A model generated the notes under the pieces. That model did not search any database. It was not told the DNA's origin and saw only the letters and a program-made list of their open reading frames with translations. A stretch of 64,000 nt of DNA from Camelus dromedarius (lineage: Eukaryota), in contig NC_087443.1 of NCBI RefSeq assembly GCF_036321535.1, forward strand, positions 28,644,001 to 28,708,000. The letters run 5' to 3'. This document shows positions 63,201-64,000 of the stretch, piece after piece. Each line of letters starts with the position of its first letter. Position 1 is the first letter of the stretch. The position numbers and the translations under genes were made by a program.

Positions 63201-64000
63201 TATGGTTACATTTGGAATTAACTTCTCACTATCATCTCTGGGCCTTAATTCATGTAGCTCTTTGGTGCAATCTCTTAATTTTGTGCCTATCACATACAGT
63301 GATTATTTCAGCATATAGTGATTATTTGTGTGTGTATCAATCTCCTCCAGATAGAAGTTGTCCAAGAGTAAGGCATCCTCTGCTTACTCTTGAATTTCTA
63401 ATTTCTCACATACTGAAGGGGTCCAGAAATTATTTGTGGAGTGAGCGCATCCCAAAGTGCATTATTACAAACATAGACTAGCATGGTTTTTAAAGACAGT
63501 TTCAAAACCTGAGAGGACAACCTGAACCATGGAATTATTTAGAAAGTATTTCTTGAGAAATCAGTGACCCAGTAAGGGTGGGAAAAAAAGAGAAGCACAT
63601 GCAAATGTTAGTTTTTTAATTAATTAGAGCCACTTTGCACTTACAAGTGTCCTCCATATATGTTTTATCTAGTTTCTTGACTACTACATTTTAATAAAAT
63701 GGCTATTGCACTTGATTAAATATTTATATCATAAAATAATTCTAGGAAAAACAAGGTATACGTTTATAACATGCATATGTTTTAATCATATATGCATATG
63801 CATATATGTCCATGAATAAAACAGAGCCAAGAAGCCTGTAATAAAATTGCCCAATAAAGTGGCCCACGGACTGAACTGCCAAAAGAGGGTTGCAACATCC
63901 ATCTTAATATAAGTCAATATCCTTTATCAATATTATATATGCAAATATTCAGAAGTGTAAACCTATAAGCCTGGCTAATAAATTGGAGTTGAGATTTTAT

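Noticed and set aside
63787-63808. 22-bp palindrome catatatgcatatgcatatatg
   Set aside because: Low-complexity AT/GCAT repeats are inherently self-complementary.

Overview
Mammalian genomic DNA, most likely from a camelid (Camelus/Vicugna). The evidence is a tRNA-derived SINE starting GGGGGAGGGTATAGCTCAG (42079) and cetartiodactyl-type L1 3' UTRs. I cannot support any protein-coding gene. The supplied ORFs are chance-length, L1-derived, microsatellite read-throughs or bridged by N runs. The window looks intronic or intergenic. Positions 1-31 kb are MIR/L2/LTR-scattered unique sequence, with a ~4 kb repeat-free, promoter-like block at ~15.7-19.9 kb that is interrupted by two sized gaps. Positions 32-43 kb and 51-59.5 kb are AT-rich stacks of nested L1/LTR/DNA elements. 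Positions 43-51 kb and 59.5-64 kb are mostly unique. Nine N runs (~1.7 kb in total) hide real sequence, so a small exon or TSS could be missed. I found no convincing new biological system. The best leads are a twin-primed inverted L1 with a ~0.5 kb internal loss, a SINE+L1-tail composite inside one TSD, a CpG-rich solo LTR with long inverted termini, an 80-bp dispersed duplication overlapping a candidate 60-nt micro-exon, and the unassigned promoter-like block with candidate exons. Repeat family names come from my recall of consensus sequences, and repeat boundaries are approximate; no database search was run.
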